Of a stretch of DNA of 64,000 nucleotides, positions 1 to 10,608 are shown piece by piece. The notes below the pieces were generated by a model. The model saw only the letters and a list, made by a program, of their open reading frames with translations, had not been told where the DNA came from and ran no database searches. How positions within the stretch are numbered: position 1 is the stretch's first letter; each line of letters opens with the position of its first letter. The stretch spans positions 85,978 through 149,977 of the forward strand of contig CALDOX010000001.1 in assembly GCA_937912005.1 (NCBI GenBank). The letters run 5' to 3'. A program made the translations under genes and the position numbers. This stretch comes from an uncultured Alphaproteobacteria bacterium. GTDB taxonomy: Bacteria > Pseudomonadota > Alphaproteobacteria > CAAGCB01 > CAG-977.

Positions 1-873
1 CAATCCGATGCCGCGCTGAGGGCGTTTTTGAAAAAAAATTTGCAGCCTTTTTTGGTAAATAACGGACAAAAAGGTTTATTTACAGGTTATTATGAACCGG
101 AAATAGAAGGATCTTTGGTTAAAACAAAAGAATATGACACGCCGGTTTACGGACTTCCGCAGGATATTGTTCGAATTGATTTGGGGAAATTTAATTCAAA
201 ATATAAAGGCGAAGTCTTGTTCGGCAAACTGGAAGGAAAAGAAATAGCGCCCTATTTGACGCGAAAAGAAATAGAAACAGGAAAGGTAAAGTTTCCTGCG
301 GATATTATCGCTTGGGTCAAAGAACCTGTCGATTTGTTTATTCTGCAAATTCAGGGGTCCGGAATTTTAAAATTGCCTGACGGCAATAAAATAGGAATAG
401 GCTATGATGGCAATAACGGCCATGCTTTTACCGGAATCGGAAGCGTTATGGCAAAAAAAGGATTATTGAAAAAAGGCGTTTATACGATGTCGGAAATCAG
501 GGATTGGCTGATCGCTAACCCTCAACAGGCTCAAAACATGATGCATGAAAATAAACGTTATATCTTTTTTAAAAAATTGAACAAACCGGGAGCAATAGGA
601 GCAATGGGCCTTCCTTTAACAACAGGCAGAAGTTTAGCCGTTGATCCGGCTTATATTCCTTTAGGCAGTTTTTTATGGCTGCAGACAGATCATAATAAAA
701 CGTCGTTGAATCGTCTGATGACGGCGCAGGACACCGGCAGCGCAATCAAAGGCGCCGTTCGGGGGGATTTTTTTTGGGGGACCGGAAAACAAGCTTTGAA
801 AGAAGCCGGGAGTATGAGGAGCCAGGGAACCTATTTTTTACTGTTGCCGAAAGGGGCATATCAAAATGAATAA
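1..873 (+). CDS. mltA: Membrane-bound lytic murein transglycosylase A (MltA family), 5'-partial. The frame is open to the window start.
   Basis: Frame is open from base 1. It has the TGYYEP motif near the N-terminus and the 3D-domain-like C-terminus (DTGSAIKG...DFFWG) typical of MltA. Confidence 0.7.
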   Translation, partial: QSDAALRAFLKKNLQPFLVNNGQKGLFTGYYEPEIEGSLVKTKEYDTPVYGLPQDIVRIDLGKFNSKYKGEVLFGKLEGKEIAPYLTRKEIETGKVKFPADIIAWVKEPVDLFILQIQGSGILKLPDGNKIGIGYDGNNGHAFTGIGSVMAKKGLLKKGVYTMSEIRDWLIANPQQAQNMMHENKRYIFFKKLNKPGAIGAMGLPLTTGRSLAVDPAYIPLGSFLWLQTDHNKTSLNRLMTAQDTGSAIKGAVRGDFFWGTGKQALKEAGSMRSQGTYFLLLPKGAYQNE

Positions 874-1360
874 ATTTTCCATACAACCGCCGACGCGGGA
901 AGACATGGTCGTTTTTCAGGGCCTTCAGCGCGCTTTGGTCGAAAGAAAGGCTTTTATCAGAGTTGATTTTAAAAAACTGAACAAATTTAAATCCCCGTTT
1001 TTCAACCCGTGGGAAAATGTGTTGCCGTTGTTGTTTATTTTAATTATTTCTTTGCTGCTGATGATCTTTCGCAATTTGATTATAGGAACAACGGCGCTGT
1101 TGGTTTTATGTGTCGTATATGCTCTTTCAATGCCTTATTTTTTAGAACCGTTTATGCAAAACCGTGTCACAAAGCGCATTGTTCCCAGAATAGAAAAATT
1201 TTTAATTGCCTGGCGATACGGCGGGATTTCCATTGTACTGACGGCTGATTCCAAGTATTCCTGTCAGGCGCCTTTAGGAAATTGGCAGTATTTCACACGA
1301 ACTTATTTTTCGGATTTGATTCCGCAGGATATGATAGAAGATGAAGAAAAAAATGCCTGA
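866..1360 (+). CDS. Hypothetical membrane protein with two predicted TM helices
   Basis: 164-aa ORF with hydrophobic stretches (LPLLFILIISLLLMIF, TALLVLCVVYAL). It overlaps the mltA stop by 8 nt and overlaps the start of the Smr gene, consistent with operon coupling. Confidence 0.45.
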   Translation: MNKFSIQPPTREDMVVFQGLQRALVERKAFIRVDFKKLNKFKSPFFNPWENVLPLLFILIISLLLMIFRNLIIGTTALLVLCVVYALSMPYFLEPFMQNRVTKRIVPRIEKFLIAWRYGGISIVLTADSKYSCQAPLGNWQYFTRTYFSDLIPQDMIEDEEKNA

Positions 1361-1874
1361 AGACAACGACGATCAGGCTTTATGGAAAGCGGTAACTGAA
1401 ACAGTCAAGCCTTTAAATTCAAAGACGCCTGCCAAAAAAGCGGAATATGTTTCTTTGCGTAAAAAACTGACGGTTGATGTTCATCCGTCCCGCCACAGTC
1501 CCGATTTCGACTATACGGTTTGCGATCCTTTGACCGAAGGCGATCTGCACGCGATGGATAAAAAAACGGGGCAGCGTTTCAAAAGCGGCGCGATGCCAAT
1601 CGACGCGCGGTTGGATATGCATGGCTATACGTTGGAAAAAGGTTTTGAAGTGCTGAAGAATTTTATTCACGATCAAAGCCGCCGGAACGCCAGATGTCTG
1701 CTGATAATCACCGGAAAGGGCGGTATGCTCGGCCGCGGCGTTTTAAAAGCCGAAATGCCGGTCTGGATGAATTCGGCGGAAATACGAAGCCTGATTTTGT
1801 CTTATACGACGGCTCAACCGAAAGACGGCGGCGACGGGGCTTTTTATGTTCTTTTAAAACGGAACAGAACGTGA
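1341..1874 (+). CDS. Smr-domain protein (MutS2 C-terminal-like DNA nicking domain)
   Basis: C-terminal LDMHGYTLEKGFEVL...CLLIITGKG matches the Smr LDLHG / TGKG signature. Confidence 0.7.
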   Translation: MKKKMPEDNDDQALWKAVTETVKPLNSKTPAKKAEYVSLRKKLTVDVHPSRHSPDFDYTVCDPLTEGDLHAMDKKTGQRFKSGAMPIDARLDMHGYTLEKGFEVLKNFIHDQSRRNARCLLIITGKGGMLGRGVLKAEMPVWMNSAEIRSLILSYTTAQPKDGGDGAFYVLLKRNRT

Positions 1875-1911
1875 TAAGACAGGTTCGACAAAGGTTTTAA
1901 GGGATTACAAA

Positions 1912-3219
1912 ATGAGTGCCACGATTTTTGCGCCGGCGACGGCTTTGGGAAAAGCGGGAGTGGCCGTTGTGCGCATTTCCGGTCCGCAGGCTTTGCAGGC
2001 GGTTCACCTGATGACGCCGATTCAAAATCCCGTTCCGCGGAAGGCGGTTTTGTCTGAAATTCATACACTTGACGGTGTTCAGATCGACGAAGCTCTGGTT
2101 ATATTTTTTCCGACGCCGAACAGCTTTACGGGCGAGGACGTGGTCGAATTTCAAACGCACGGCGGACGGGCGATTACGGCGATATTGTTGGCTGAATTGG
2201 CAAAGATAGACGGTTTCAGACCGGCGGAACGCGGCGAATTCACCAGACGCGCGGTTGAAAACGGAAAAATGGATCTGACGGCCGCCGAAGGGTTGGCCGA
2301 TTTGGTCGATGCCGAAACGGAACAACAAAGACGGCAGGCTTTACGTCAGATGAACGGGGCTTTGGCCGGAATTTATGAACGTTGGCACGCGGAGCTGATG
2401 CACGTTCTGGCATGGATGGAAGCGTACATCGATTTTCCGGAAGAGGAAATTCCCGAAAGCGTTTCCGCCGAAGTCCGCGGAAAAATAACGGCTTTGAAAG
2501 AAGAGATCGAAAAACATCTGAACGATGGACGACGCGGGGAAAGATTGCGCGACGGGCTTCAAATCGCAATCATCGGCGCGCCGAACGCGGGCAAGTCCAG
2601 TTTGATGAACCGTTTGGCGCAACGTGATGTGGCTATCGTCTCTTCCACGGCGGGAACGACGCGCGACGTGATAGAGGTGCGGTTGGACATCAACGGCTAT
2701 CCGGTGATCGTCGCGGATACCGCGGGACTGCGCGACACGGCGGAGGAAATCGAAGCCGAAGGCGTGCGTCGCGCCAAAGCCAGAGCGGAAGAGGCCGACC
2801 TCGTCTTGTGGCTGACGGACGCAAATGCGGCAAAGGACGAAACGGAAACGCTCGGACTGAATCCTGAAAAAATCATTCCGATTATGAACAAAGCCGATCA
2901 GGTTCCGGCGCAAAACGACGGCAATTTCTGGATTTCCGCCAAAACGGGGCAGGGGCTTGACGCTTTGTTGAAAAAAATCGGAAAGTATGTCGAAGACACG
3001 CTTTCAATGCGTGAAGAACCGTCTTTAACCCGTTTGCGCCACCGCAAAGCGTTGGAGGAATGCGTCGGATTTTTAAATTCCTCTTTAAACGCGCCAGAAA
3101 TAGAGTTAATGACGGAAGACCTGCGTATGGCGATGCGTTCTTTGGGGAAAATCACCGGTCAGGTGCAGGTGGAAGAATTGCTTGATGTTATTTTTAAAGA
3201 TTTTTGCATAGGAAAATGA
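1912..3219 (+). CDS. mnmE: tRNA modification GTPase MnmE (TrmE)
   Basis: G1 motif [14 protein letters not shown] motif, NKAD motif and the C-terminal CIGK tetrapeptide characteristic of MnmE. Confidence 0.95.
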   Translation: MSATIFAPATALGKAGVAVVRISGPQALQAVHLMTPIQNPVPRKAVLSEIHTLDGVQIDEALVIFFPTPNSFTGEDVVEFQTHGGRAITAILLAELAKIDGFRPAERGEFTRRAVENGKMDLTAAEGLADLVDAETEQQRRQALRQMNGALAGIYERWHAELMHVLAWMEAYIDFPEEEIPESVSAEVRGKITALKEEIEKHLNDGRRGERLRDGLQIAIIGAPNAGKSSLMNRLAQRDVAIVSSTAGTTRDVIEVRLDINGYPVIVADTAGLRDTAEEIEAEGVRRAKARAEEADLVLWLTDANAAKDETETLGLNPEKIIPIMNKADQVPAQNDGNFWISAKTGQGLDALLKKIGKYVEDTLSMREEPSLTRLRHRKALEECVGFLNSSLNAPEIELMTEDLRMAMRSLGKITGQVQVEELLDVIFKDFCIGK

Positions 3220-5081
3220 TGACGGATACGTTTGATGTGATTGTTGTCGGCGGCGGACACGCCGGTTGTGAAGCGGCGGCGGCGGCGGCGCGTATGGGCG
3301 CGAAAACGGCTTTGGTAACGCATAAGATTTCCACGCTGGGGGAAATGTCGTGCAATCCGGCGATCGGCGGATTGGGAAAAGGCCATCTGGTGCGTGAAAT
3401 CGACGCTTTGGACGGTGTGATGGGACGTGTCGCCGACAAAGCCGGAATCCAATTCCGTATGTTGAACAGTTCTAAAGGTCCGGCCGTTCAGGGATTGCGC
3501 ACGCAGGCGGACAGAAAGCTTTACCGGCAAGCCATGCAGGCGGAACTGCTGAATTATGAAAACCTGACCGTCATCGAAGCCGCCGTCGAAGGCCTGATGT
3601 ACCGCGAAAATCCGGCACAAGTAACAGGCATTGTTACATCGGATGGAACGCAATACGCGGCGGGGGCTGTCGTCCTGACGGCCGGAACGTTTCTGCACGG
3701 ACTGATGCACGTCGGGGAAACAAAGACGGTCGGCGGCCGTGTCGGCGAAATTTCCTGTGAACATTTGTCCGATTTTCTGTTGCGTCTGGGATTGCGTGTC
3801 GGCCGGTTGAAAACGGGAACTCCGGCAAGATTGGACGGCAAAACGATCAATTATGATATATTACAGCGGCAGGAAGGGGACGCCGATCCCGAACCGTTCT
3901 CTTTTCTGGACGATAAAATCACGACGCCGCAGATCGCTTGCTATATCACGGCAACAAATGCGAAAACGCATGAAATCATTCGCGCCAATATGCACCGCGC
4001 GCCTCTGTTTTCGGGACAAATCAAAGGAGTCGGCCCGCGTTACTGCCCCAGTATCGAAGACAAACTGGTCAAATTCGCCGACAGGGATTCCCATCACGTT
4101 TTTCTGGAACCGGAAGGGTTGGACGACGATACGGTTTATCCGAACGGCATTTCCACCTCTTTGCCCGCCGATGTGCAGGACGCGATGATCCATTCGATCA
4201 AAGGCTTGGAAAACGTGCGGATCATTCGCCCGGGATATGCGATTGAGTATGACTATGTCGATCCTTTGGAAATGCGGACGACTTTGGAAACGAAAAAAGT
4301 ATCCGGCTTGTTCATCGCAGGGCAGCTGAACGGCACGACCGGATACGAGGAAGCCGCCGCTCTGGGGCTTTTGGCGGGCATTAATGCCGCTTTGAAGGCA
4401 GGCGGTTCGGACAGGGAATTTACGCTTGACCGCGCGGACGCTTATTTGGGCGTGATGATCGATGATCTGACGACCAAAGGTGTGGATGAACCGTATCGCA
4501 TGTTCACATCGCGCGCGGAATACAGGCTTCTGTTGCGTTCGGACAACGCGGATATGCGCCTGACGCCGAAAGGCATTGATATCGGCTGTGTCGGCGCAAA
4601 ACATCGGAAGGCTTTTGAAGAAAAAGCCGAAGCGTTGAAAATTGCGCGTGAAAAACTGAACGGTATCGGCGGGACTCCGCGTGAATTGGAAAAGCTCGGT
4701 TTTGAAGTGAATAAAGACGGTTCTCACCGTAACGGTTTTGATTTGCTGGCTTACGAACAAATCGACTGGGAAAAGCTGTCCGCCGTCTGGCCGGAATTGA
4801 AAGACACGCGCGCCGATGTCGTCGAACAGCTGGAAATCGAAGCAAGATACCGCGGTTATCTGCAACGGCAGGAATCGGATATTGCCGCATTCCGTAAAGA
4901 TGAGGCGTTGAAGATTCCCAAAGACATCGATTATAAAAAAATCGGCGGTTTATCGAACGAAGTGATTATGAAGCTGTCCAAAGTTCGCCCCGAAACACTG
5001 GGCGCGGCATCTCGTATTTCAGGCATTACGCCCGCGGCGGTAACGGCGGTTCTGGGCTATATCAAATCAGCTAAAGGTTAA
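3216..5081 (+). CDS. mnmG: tRNA uridine 5-carboxymethylaminomethyl modification enzyme MnmG (GidA)
   Basis: FAD-binding [15 protein letters not shown]-terminus. Length and conserved blocks match GidA. The ATG at 3216 overlaps the mnmE TGA as ATGA; the ORF track lists a TTG at 3204. Confidence 0.95.
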   Translation: MMTDTFDVIVVGGGHAGCEAAAAAARMGAKTALVTHKISTLGEMSCNPAIGGLGKGHLVREIDALDGVMGRVADKAGIQFRMLNSSKGPAVQGLRTQADRKLYRQAMQAELLNYENLTVIEAAVEGLMYRENPAQVTGIVTSDGTQYAAGAVVLTAGTFLHGLMHVGETKTVGGRVGEISCEHLSDFLLRLGLRVGRLKTGTPARLDGKTINYDILQRQEGDADPEPFSFLDDKITTPQIACYITATNAKTHEIIRANMHRAPLFSGQIKGVGPRYCPSIEDKLVKFADRDSHHVFLEPEGLDDDTVYPNGISTSLPADVQDAMIHSIKGLENVRIIRPGYAIEYDYVDPLEMRTTLETKKVSGLFIAGQLNGTTGYEEAAALGLLAGINAALKAGGSDREFTLDRADAYLGVMIDDLTTKGVDEPYRMFTSRAEYRLLLRSDNADMRLTPKGIDIGCVGAKHRKAFEEKAEALKIAREKLNGIGGTPRELEKLGFEVNKDGSHRNGFDLLAYEQIDWEKLSAVWPELKDTRADVVEQLEIEARYRGYLQRQESDIAAFRKDEALKIPKDIDYKKIGGLSNEVIMKLSKVRPETLGAASRISGITPAAVTAVLGYIKSAKG

Positions 5082-6334
5082 ACGTTTTTATCGCACATAA
5101 AACGTTTGATCTGGGCGTTGATAAAATTTCTCAGCCATTCCAGATCTTCTTTGGACAATCCGCGCCCGATATGAGTCGTTTGCCCGTCTGCGCCGATAAC
5201 AAGCGTATATTTTGAATCATAGCTGTTATGGACAACATAGATATATTCCAACTGTTCCGGTTTAATCAAAAAGCCGATTGACGGAAAGAAAAGCCATTTT
5301 GATTTGATGCGGATTCCCTGAGAAGAAACTATAATTCTTTTGCGTCTGAAAAAAAGAGCCAGCGGCACGGCAATAAACAATATCAATCCTGCGAACAATA
5401 AAGGCAAATATGATAACGGAAGTCTGAAAACAAAACTGAAAAAGACGATTGCAAAAAAGGTTGAAAAGCACAATATTCCGGAAAAAACAGAAAAAGCGCT
5501 GTCACGAATTTGCGGATCAATTTGGCAGTTTTCCGAATCTTCTATAATTTTAAAAGACTGCGGAATTTTATAAAGATTATGGTCGGATACTTCGATTTTC
5601 CCTTCTGAAATTAAATCGGGCAAGGCTTTCTGGATATTCTGTAATTCAATTTCTATAATACCGTCCGCCGTATTAAAAATAGCCGGCATTTCAAGCTGTC
5701 TTACCAATTCTTCCCATTTTTGAGAAATGTTTTCGCCATTTTTGGTAATGTAAAGCGGAATGGTTTTTGTTTCGTTGGGATGTTGTAAATCAATGATATG
5801 CTGCGTAAAAGAAGTTAGCCCCAGAACGTTAACGACGCGCGTACGATAACGCACGCCGATATATTCGTTCAGAGAATCGGCCATTCTTTTACTGTGTTCA
5901 AACGGTTTTTGGATAACAACCGCGGCAAACTTGTGACCGATAAAAAAATCACGGCCGTAAGAAAGCAGCATTAATCGGGTTACAATTAAAAAAAGTCCTA
6001 ATGCAACGAACAGCCAGGCAGCCGAAAAAGAACTGGCGACGTTGGAAGAGTCCGAAGATTCTATTTTGGAAAACAAGGAATTGTCAACCGTACCGAAATC
6101 GCCCAAAAAGCCCAATGCGATCAGAATGATTCCCAACAGAATACCAAGATAAATGTTTCGTTTGGATACACGATCTTTTGCCTGAGTCGGACGGCGGGAA
6201 ACATCAAATTCCAAAAAAGACGACAGCGGGCGCAATCGTCTGGTTTCAATGGCTTCTTCATTATCAGACAGGCTTTCCAGCTCGTCTAAATTTGTGTTTT
6301 CCAGTAATTCGTCCTGAACCATTCCGTTCCTCAA
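5078..6334 (-). CDS. Hypothetical 4-TM membrane protein, 418 aa, in a low-GC stretch
   Basis: Long ORF, AT-rich. Two pairs of hydrophobic helices separated by a domain of about 180 aa. No recognisable motifs. Confidence 0.5.
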   Translation of the reverse strand: MRNGMVQDELLENTNLDELESLSDNEEAIETRRLRPLSSFLEFDVSRRPTQAKDRVSKRNIYLGILLGIILIALGFLGDFGTVDNSLFSKIESSDSSNVASSFSAAWLFVALGLFLIVTRLMLLSYGRDFFIGHKFAAVVIQKPFEHSKRMADSLNEYIGVRYRTRVVNVLGLTSFTQHIIDLQHPNETKTIPLYITKNGENISQKWEELVRQLEMPAIFNTADGIIEIELQNIQKALPDLISEGKIEVSDHNLYKIPQSFKIIEDSENCQIDPQIRDSAFSVFSGILCFSTFFAIVFFSFVFRLPLSYLPLLFAGLILFIAVPLALFFRRKRIIVSSQGIRIKSKWLFFPSIGFLIKPEQLEYIYVVHNSYDSKYTLVIGADGQTTHIGRGLSKEDLEWLRNFINAQIKRFMCDKNV

Positions 6335-6369
6335 AACAATGTTTTTTTACATTTATGACAAATTCGGCT

Positions 6370-6386
6370 TTGCTCTGCAAGAGCAA
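6370..6386. promoter_or_regulatory. Perfect inverted repeat TTGCTCT-GCA-AGAGCAA in a divergent promoter region, next to a TATAAAT-like element. Candidate operator.
   Basis: Read directly from the sequence. It lies between the divergent membrane-protein gene and the GGDEF gene. Confidence 0.3.
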
Positions 6387-6436
6387 TATACTATAAATAG
6401 AAGAGGAAAAAAATATTTTTTCGTAACGGATACTTT

Positions 6437-8968
6437 ATGGAAACAGCTCTTACTTCGACGACAGGCCTTATTCCGATGATGCTCAGTTTGGTGGGCGTAT
6501 TGGTCGCGCTGCAATATTTAAAAGGGATGTCCGATTTTTCCGACGCCATTCGATTTATTTTTTGGGGATTTGTTTTTGTCTTTTTATCAAAAATACTGAT
6601 TTTCTGTTCCCGTTCCATAGGGGTGGAATATTATTATTTTGCATCATTAATGCTGCACTTGTTGTCGGCTGTTTTGTTGACTGCGGGAGCTGCAAGCATC
6701 AGAGGAAGCAAGTTTTTCAGCCGAACGGTTGTTATTTTTTTAAGTTTGCTTGCCGGAGTGTGGAGCTGGTATGTCGTTATTATTACGCGTGACGGCAGTT
6801 CTCTGACGTTTTCTTTAGCCGCTTCAGTCGTGGGATATGCTTTTTTATCAGCTTCTTTATGGCGCAAAAAGATGCTGCGCAACTCTATCGGTTTTGTTAT
6901 TACAGGCTGGTTCTGCGTTTTTTTGGCGTTGTATAATTTATTGATATTGATGTCATGGGGACAAAGTCTTGTATCTCCGGCCTTTGAAACATTTTTGTAT
7001 ATCGCGATTATGTGCGGTTGGATTTTGATTTCCAACAATTTGATGGCGCATCAATTTGATACGCTGGAGCAGGAAGCGGAAGAAAATAAAGAGCGTCTGC
7101 GTTTGATGATTCAAATGTCGCCTTTCCCGATTATCATTTCCAGATTGAAAGACGATCAACTGATGATGATTAATAATAAAGCGGGCGCTTTATTCGGATT
7201 GGATGTCAAGCATCCGGGCAACTTTAAAACAGTGGATTATTTTGCGGAGCCTGAAAAAAGAACGGAATTACTGGCTAAATTGGAAAAACATCCGGTAGTT
7301 GACGATTTCGAATTTTTGGTTAAACCGCGCAAAGGCGAACCGTTCTGGCTTTTGCTGTCAGCGCGGGTGATCGACTTTGAATATGAAATCGCTTTGTATA
7401 TGGCGTTTCAGGATATTACAGATCGTAAGAAGAAAGAATTGCAGCTGTTTGATCAGGCAACACGCGATCCTTTGACAAAATGTTATAACCGTCGCCAATT
7501 TGACGAATTGGCAAAGAAGGAAATTCAACGTTCCCGTCGTTATCATCATCCGTTCTGTCTGTTTATGATCGACGCCGACCACTTTAAAAATGTCAATGAT
7601 ACGCACGGCCATGCGGTCGGCGACTTGGTATTGCAGGCTTTGGCCGATTGTTGCCGCAGAACGCTGCGCGAATCTGATATTGTGGCGCGTTTCGGCGGGG
7701 AAGAGTTTGTTATTCTGCTGCCTGAGTCAACCATTGAAAACGCTTTTCGTGTGGCGGAACGCCTGAGAATCAAAATTTCTAAACTGGTTGTGAAAAACGA
7801 ACAGGATCAAAACGTTCAGTTTACGGTCAGTATCGGCTTGGTTTCTTCAACGGTGACGGATGATATTCCGGAAATGTTGAAAATGGCGGACGAGTCTTTG
7901 TATGTTGCAAAAGAAAACGGCAGAAATCAGGTCGTCGTTTATGAAGCAACGGGCCCGAATAAAGATTTGCCGCGTCCGGAAGGCGAAGATATCGAAAAAG
8001 TCAAAGCCGAACCGTTGTATTACTTTAAACCTTCCTCTGCGCCGGTTATTATGAACAGAACCGATGAAGAACCTGTCGAAACCGGTGTCGTCGGGTTAAG
8101 CGGAGATGCGCCGGCAGAAGAAATGTATCTTGACGATGACGAGGAAGAAAATGAAACTTCAAAAGGCGTTTCTTTGAATTCTTTGTATGATGAGGAAGAG
8201 GATTCGGGATTTATACCGACATCTAAACCGGTAGCTCCGCCGATTGCCGTAGCTCCGCCCGTATTTGATGAGGAAGCTGAGCTGCCGCAGGATATTGATA
8301 CGGGTTTTTCGGATGAAGAGCTGCAGGGATTGCCTGTGGAAAATGAAGCATTATCGTTTGAAGAAAACCAATATTCCGCAGATGAAGATATATTGCCGCC
8401 GGAAGAAGAATTGCCGGTTGAAGAAGCGTCGTCTGAATTTGATCAGACAGAACAAGGTGCGGAAGAAAACGATTTGCCGTTGGAAGACGAACCGCTTCCG
8501 CCGGAAGAGAACGTGTCGGCGGCAGATTTACCGTTGCCGGAAGAAGATAATGAATTGCCGCTTGATGACGAAGAAACATTTTCCGGTCAATCGGTTTCCG
8601 CGTCCGATAATGAGTTTTTGGAACCGGTACCGCCGGCGGTTGCCGAATATACGGAATCTGAAGAGGATATCCCGCCGCTTTCGATTGATGATAATAAAGA
8701 AGAATTATCTGAATCGGAAACAGAAAATTTTGCTCCTCCGTCTCCGACTGTTTCACCTGTTCCGGTAAAAATGCCGCAGCCTCCTCAGCCGCCGCCGGTA
8801 GGTATTCCTATGGCAAAAGCACCGATAATTAAAATGCCGGTTTTGGCTAAAATGCCGCCGGGAATGATTAAGGTTCCTAAAATGCCCGGTGTTGTGCGGG
8901 TTAAGATTCCCAAATCGATACACCAGGGAGAAGCGCCTGTTCCTCCCAAGCCGCCCGGTCAGCAATAA
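6437..8968 (+). CDS. Membrane-anchored PAS-GGDEF diguanylate cyclase with a long acidic, repeat-rich C-terminal tail
   Basis: N-terminal multi-TM region, PAS-like segment, then a GGDEF domain with an intact RFGGEEF active-site motif and RxxD-like context. The final ~330 aa are D/E/P-rich with LP..E repeats and end in xKMP repeats. Confidence 0.8.
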   Translation: METALTSTTGLIPMMLSLVGVLVALQYLKGMSDFSDAIRFIFWGFVFVFLSKILIFCSRSIGVEYYYFASLMLHLLSAVLLTAGAASIRGSKFFSRTVVIFLSLLAGVWSWYVVIITRDGSSLTFSLAASVVGYAFLSASLWRKKMLRNSIGFVITGWFCVFLALYNLLILMSWGQSLVSPAFETFLYIAIMCGWILISNNLMAHQFDTLEQEAEENKERLRLMIQMSPFPIIISRLKDDQLMMINNKAGALFGLDVKHPGNFKTVDYFAEPEKRTELLAKLEKHPVVDDFEFLVKPRKGEPFWLLLSARVIDFEYEIALYMAFQDITDRKKKELQLFDQATRDPLTKCYNRRQFDELAKKEIQRSRRYHHPFCLFMIDADHFKNVNDTHGHAVGDLVLQALADCCRRTLRESDIVARFGGEEFVILLPESTIENAFRVAERLRIKISKLVVKNEQDQNVQFTVSIGLVSSTVTDDIPEMLKMADESLYVAKENGRNQVVVYEATGPNKDLPRPEGEDIEKVKAEPLYYFKPSSAPVIMNRTDEEPVETGVVGLSGDAPAEEMYLDDDEEENETSKGVSLNSLYDEEEDSGFIPTSKPVAPPIAVAPPVFDEEAELPQDIDTGFSDEELQGLPVENEALSFEENQYSADEDILPPEEELPVEEASSEFDQTEQGAEENDLPLEDEPLPPEENVSAADLPLPEEDNELPLDDEETFSGQSVSASDNEFLEPVPPAVAEYTESEEDIPPLSIDDNKEELSESETENFAPPSPTVSPVPVKMPQPPQPPPVGIPMAKAPIIKMPVLAKMPPGMIKVPKMPGVVRVKIPKSIHQGEAPVPPKPPGQQ

Positions 8969-9003
8969 AAAAACGCCGCAATGGTTCTTGCGGCGTTTTT
9001 TTA
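8966..9003. terminator. Bidirectional rho-independent terminator between the GGDEF gene and gmk
   Basis: AACGCCGCA-loop-TGCGGCGTT hairpin flanked by an A-run and a T-run. Confidence 0.6.
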
Positions 9004-9016
9004 GGTTCGTTTTTAC

Positions 9017-9655
9017 TCAAGCTGTTTGTGAACGCATATTGTTGACGAATCCGGCTAAGCCGTTTTGACGCTGGCGTTTTAAACGTTCGGCCTGAATAAT
9101 GGAGCGGACGTTTTTGACGCTTTCCTCAAAATCGATATTAACAATTACATAGTCGTATTCGTTCCAATGACTCATTTCCGCGGCGGCGGTTGCCATACGC
9201 TGGCGAACGATTTCTTCGGAATCTTGCGCGCGCGAAAACAGACGGCGTTCCAATTCGGCCATAGACGGAGGCAGGATAAAGACGCTGACAAGATCTTCCC
9301 GCGCATTTTCGGCAATTTGCTGTGTGCCCTGCCATTCAATATCAAACAGAATGTCTTTTCCGTCTTCCAACGCTTTGCGGACGGGTTCACGCGGCGTTCC
9401 GTAGCAGTTGCCGCAGAATTTGGCATGCTCTAAAAATTCATTGCGTTGAACCATGCCTTCAAAAGCGGGCATGTCAACGAAGAAATAATCTTTACCGTTA
9501 ATTTCGCCGGGACGAGGGGGACGCGTTGTCACGGAAACGGAAAGGGACATATTTTCTTCCGTTTCAAGAATACGATGAGCGATGGCCGTTTTTCCGGCAC
9601 CGGACGGCGACGATAAAACCAACATAAATCCTCTGCGTTTAATGGAATCTGACAT
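9017..9655 (-). CDS. gmk: Guanylate kinase
   Basis: P-loop SSPSGAGKT. Length and conserved blocks match Gmk. Confidence 0.9.
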   Translation of the reverse strand: MSDSIKRRGFMLVLSSPSGAGKTAIAHRILETEENMSLSVSVTTRPPRPGEINGKDYFFVDMPAFEGMVQRNEFLEHAKFCGNCYGTPREPVRKALEDGKDILFDIEWQGTQQIAENAREDLVSVFILPPSMAELERRLFSRAQDSEEIVRQRMATAAAEMSHWNEYDYVIVNIDFEESVKNVRSIIQAERLKRQRQNGLAGFVNNMRSQTA

Positions 9656-9664
9656 GCAACCCTC

Positions 9665-10537
9665 CTATTCAATATTTTGGATTTGTTCTCTTAATTGGTC
9701 AATAACGGATTTTAAAGCCATTCCCGTTCTGGTTAATTCGATGTCCATAGATTTGGAACAAAGCGTATTGGCTTCCCGATTAAATTCCTGACACAAAAAA
9801 TCCAATTTTCTGCCAATCGGGCCCTTTTCTTCAAACAGTTCGCGTGCCGTGTGAACATGAGCCGCTAAACGATCCAACTCTTCGCGCACATCCGCTCTGA
9901 GCATGCAAGCGGTGACTTCCTGCATAAAGCGTTCTTCGGACAATTCTGTGTCTTCTTTAAGCAGATCCAACCCTTCTTTGAGTTTTTTCTTAATTCGTTC
10001 GGGTTGAACCGCGGCCAGATTTTTAGCTTCGATTACGAGCCGTTCGATTTGGTTAACCTGATCATTCAGACAGACGGCGATTTTGGCTCCTTCGGCTAAA
10101 CGGGCCTTTTTTAACGATTCGGCGGCTTCTTCTAAAGAAGAAAGGAATAAAGCCGTTATTTCTGAACGATCTGCCGGCGGCTTAGAATCGATTTCCGCTA
10201 CGCCGCGCACATTCATCAAACCGTCAATGCGGGCCGGTTCCAAAGCGGGAAATTTTTTCTGCAGCTGTTCGGATAAAGAGCATAATTCTTCCAAAAAGGC
10301 ATAATTGATTTGAGGCTTTTGATCCGCCTGATCAAGCGTTATATCCAATGAAACGGAAAAACTGCCGCGAGTGAAAAAGGAACGTAAACAATCGCGAATC
10401 TTTTGTTCCAATTCTTCGTACCCTTGCGGATAGCGGCATCGTATTTCCAGTCCTTTGTTGTTAATGCTGCGCAGCGTCCATGTCCAGGAAGCGCCGTTTT
10501 GTCCTGAAAAGGAACTGAATCCCGTCATACTTTCCAT
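9665..10537 (-). CDS. yicC: YicC-family stress-induced protein (DUF1732)
   Basis: N-terminal MTGFS...G.W..ELRSVN-like motif. The yicC-gmk arrangement is conserved. Confidence 0.8.
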   Translation of the reverse strand: MESMTGFSSFSGQNGASWTWTLRSINNKGLEIRCRYPQGYEELEQKIRDCLRSFFTRGSFSVSLDITLDQADQKPQINYAFLEELCSLSEQLQKKFPALEPARIDGLMNVRGVAEIDSKPPADRSEITALFLSSLEEAAESLKKARLAEGAKIAVCLNDQVNQIERLVIEAKNLAAVQPERIKKKLKEGLDLLKEDTELSEERFMQEVTACMLRADVREELDRLAAHVHTARELFEEKGPIGRKLDFLCQEFNREANTLCSKSMDIELTRTGMALKSVIDQLREQIQNIE

Positions 10538-10608
10538 GCTAAAGCCTCTTTATTTATTAAGTCGTTTGCATTACCTTACATAAAACTATTCAAAACGGGA
10601 ATTTAAAA

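Noticed and set aside
3861-4865. Long antisense ORF (334 aa) and several shorter ones inside mnmG. Similar antisense ORFs sit inside mnmE, htpG, dnaK, dnaJ, the helicase and the PAS-GGDEF gene.
   Set aside because: They lie entirely within strongly supported genes on the opposite strand. They have Arg/Pro-rich, low-complexity translations typical of antisense reading of GC-rich coding DNA.
8223-8768. Overlapping 167-aa and 177-aa ORFs (Arg/Lys-rich, and on the opposite strand) in the GGDEF tail region
   Set aside because: They are artefacts of the repetitive acidic-tail coding sequence. The GGDEF reading frame is continuous with a recognisable domain upstream.
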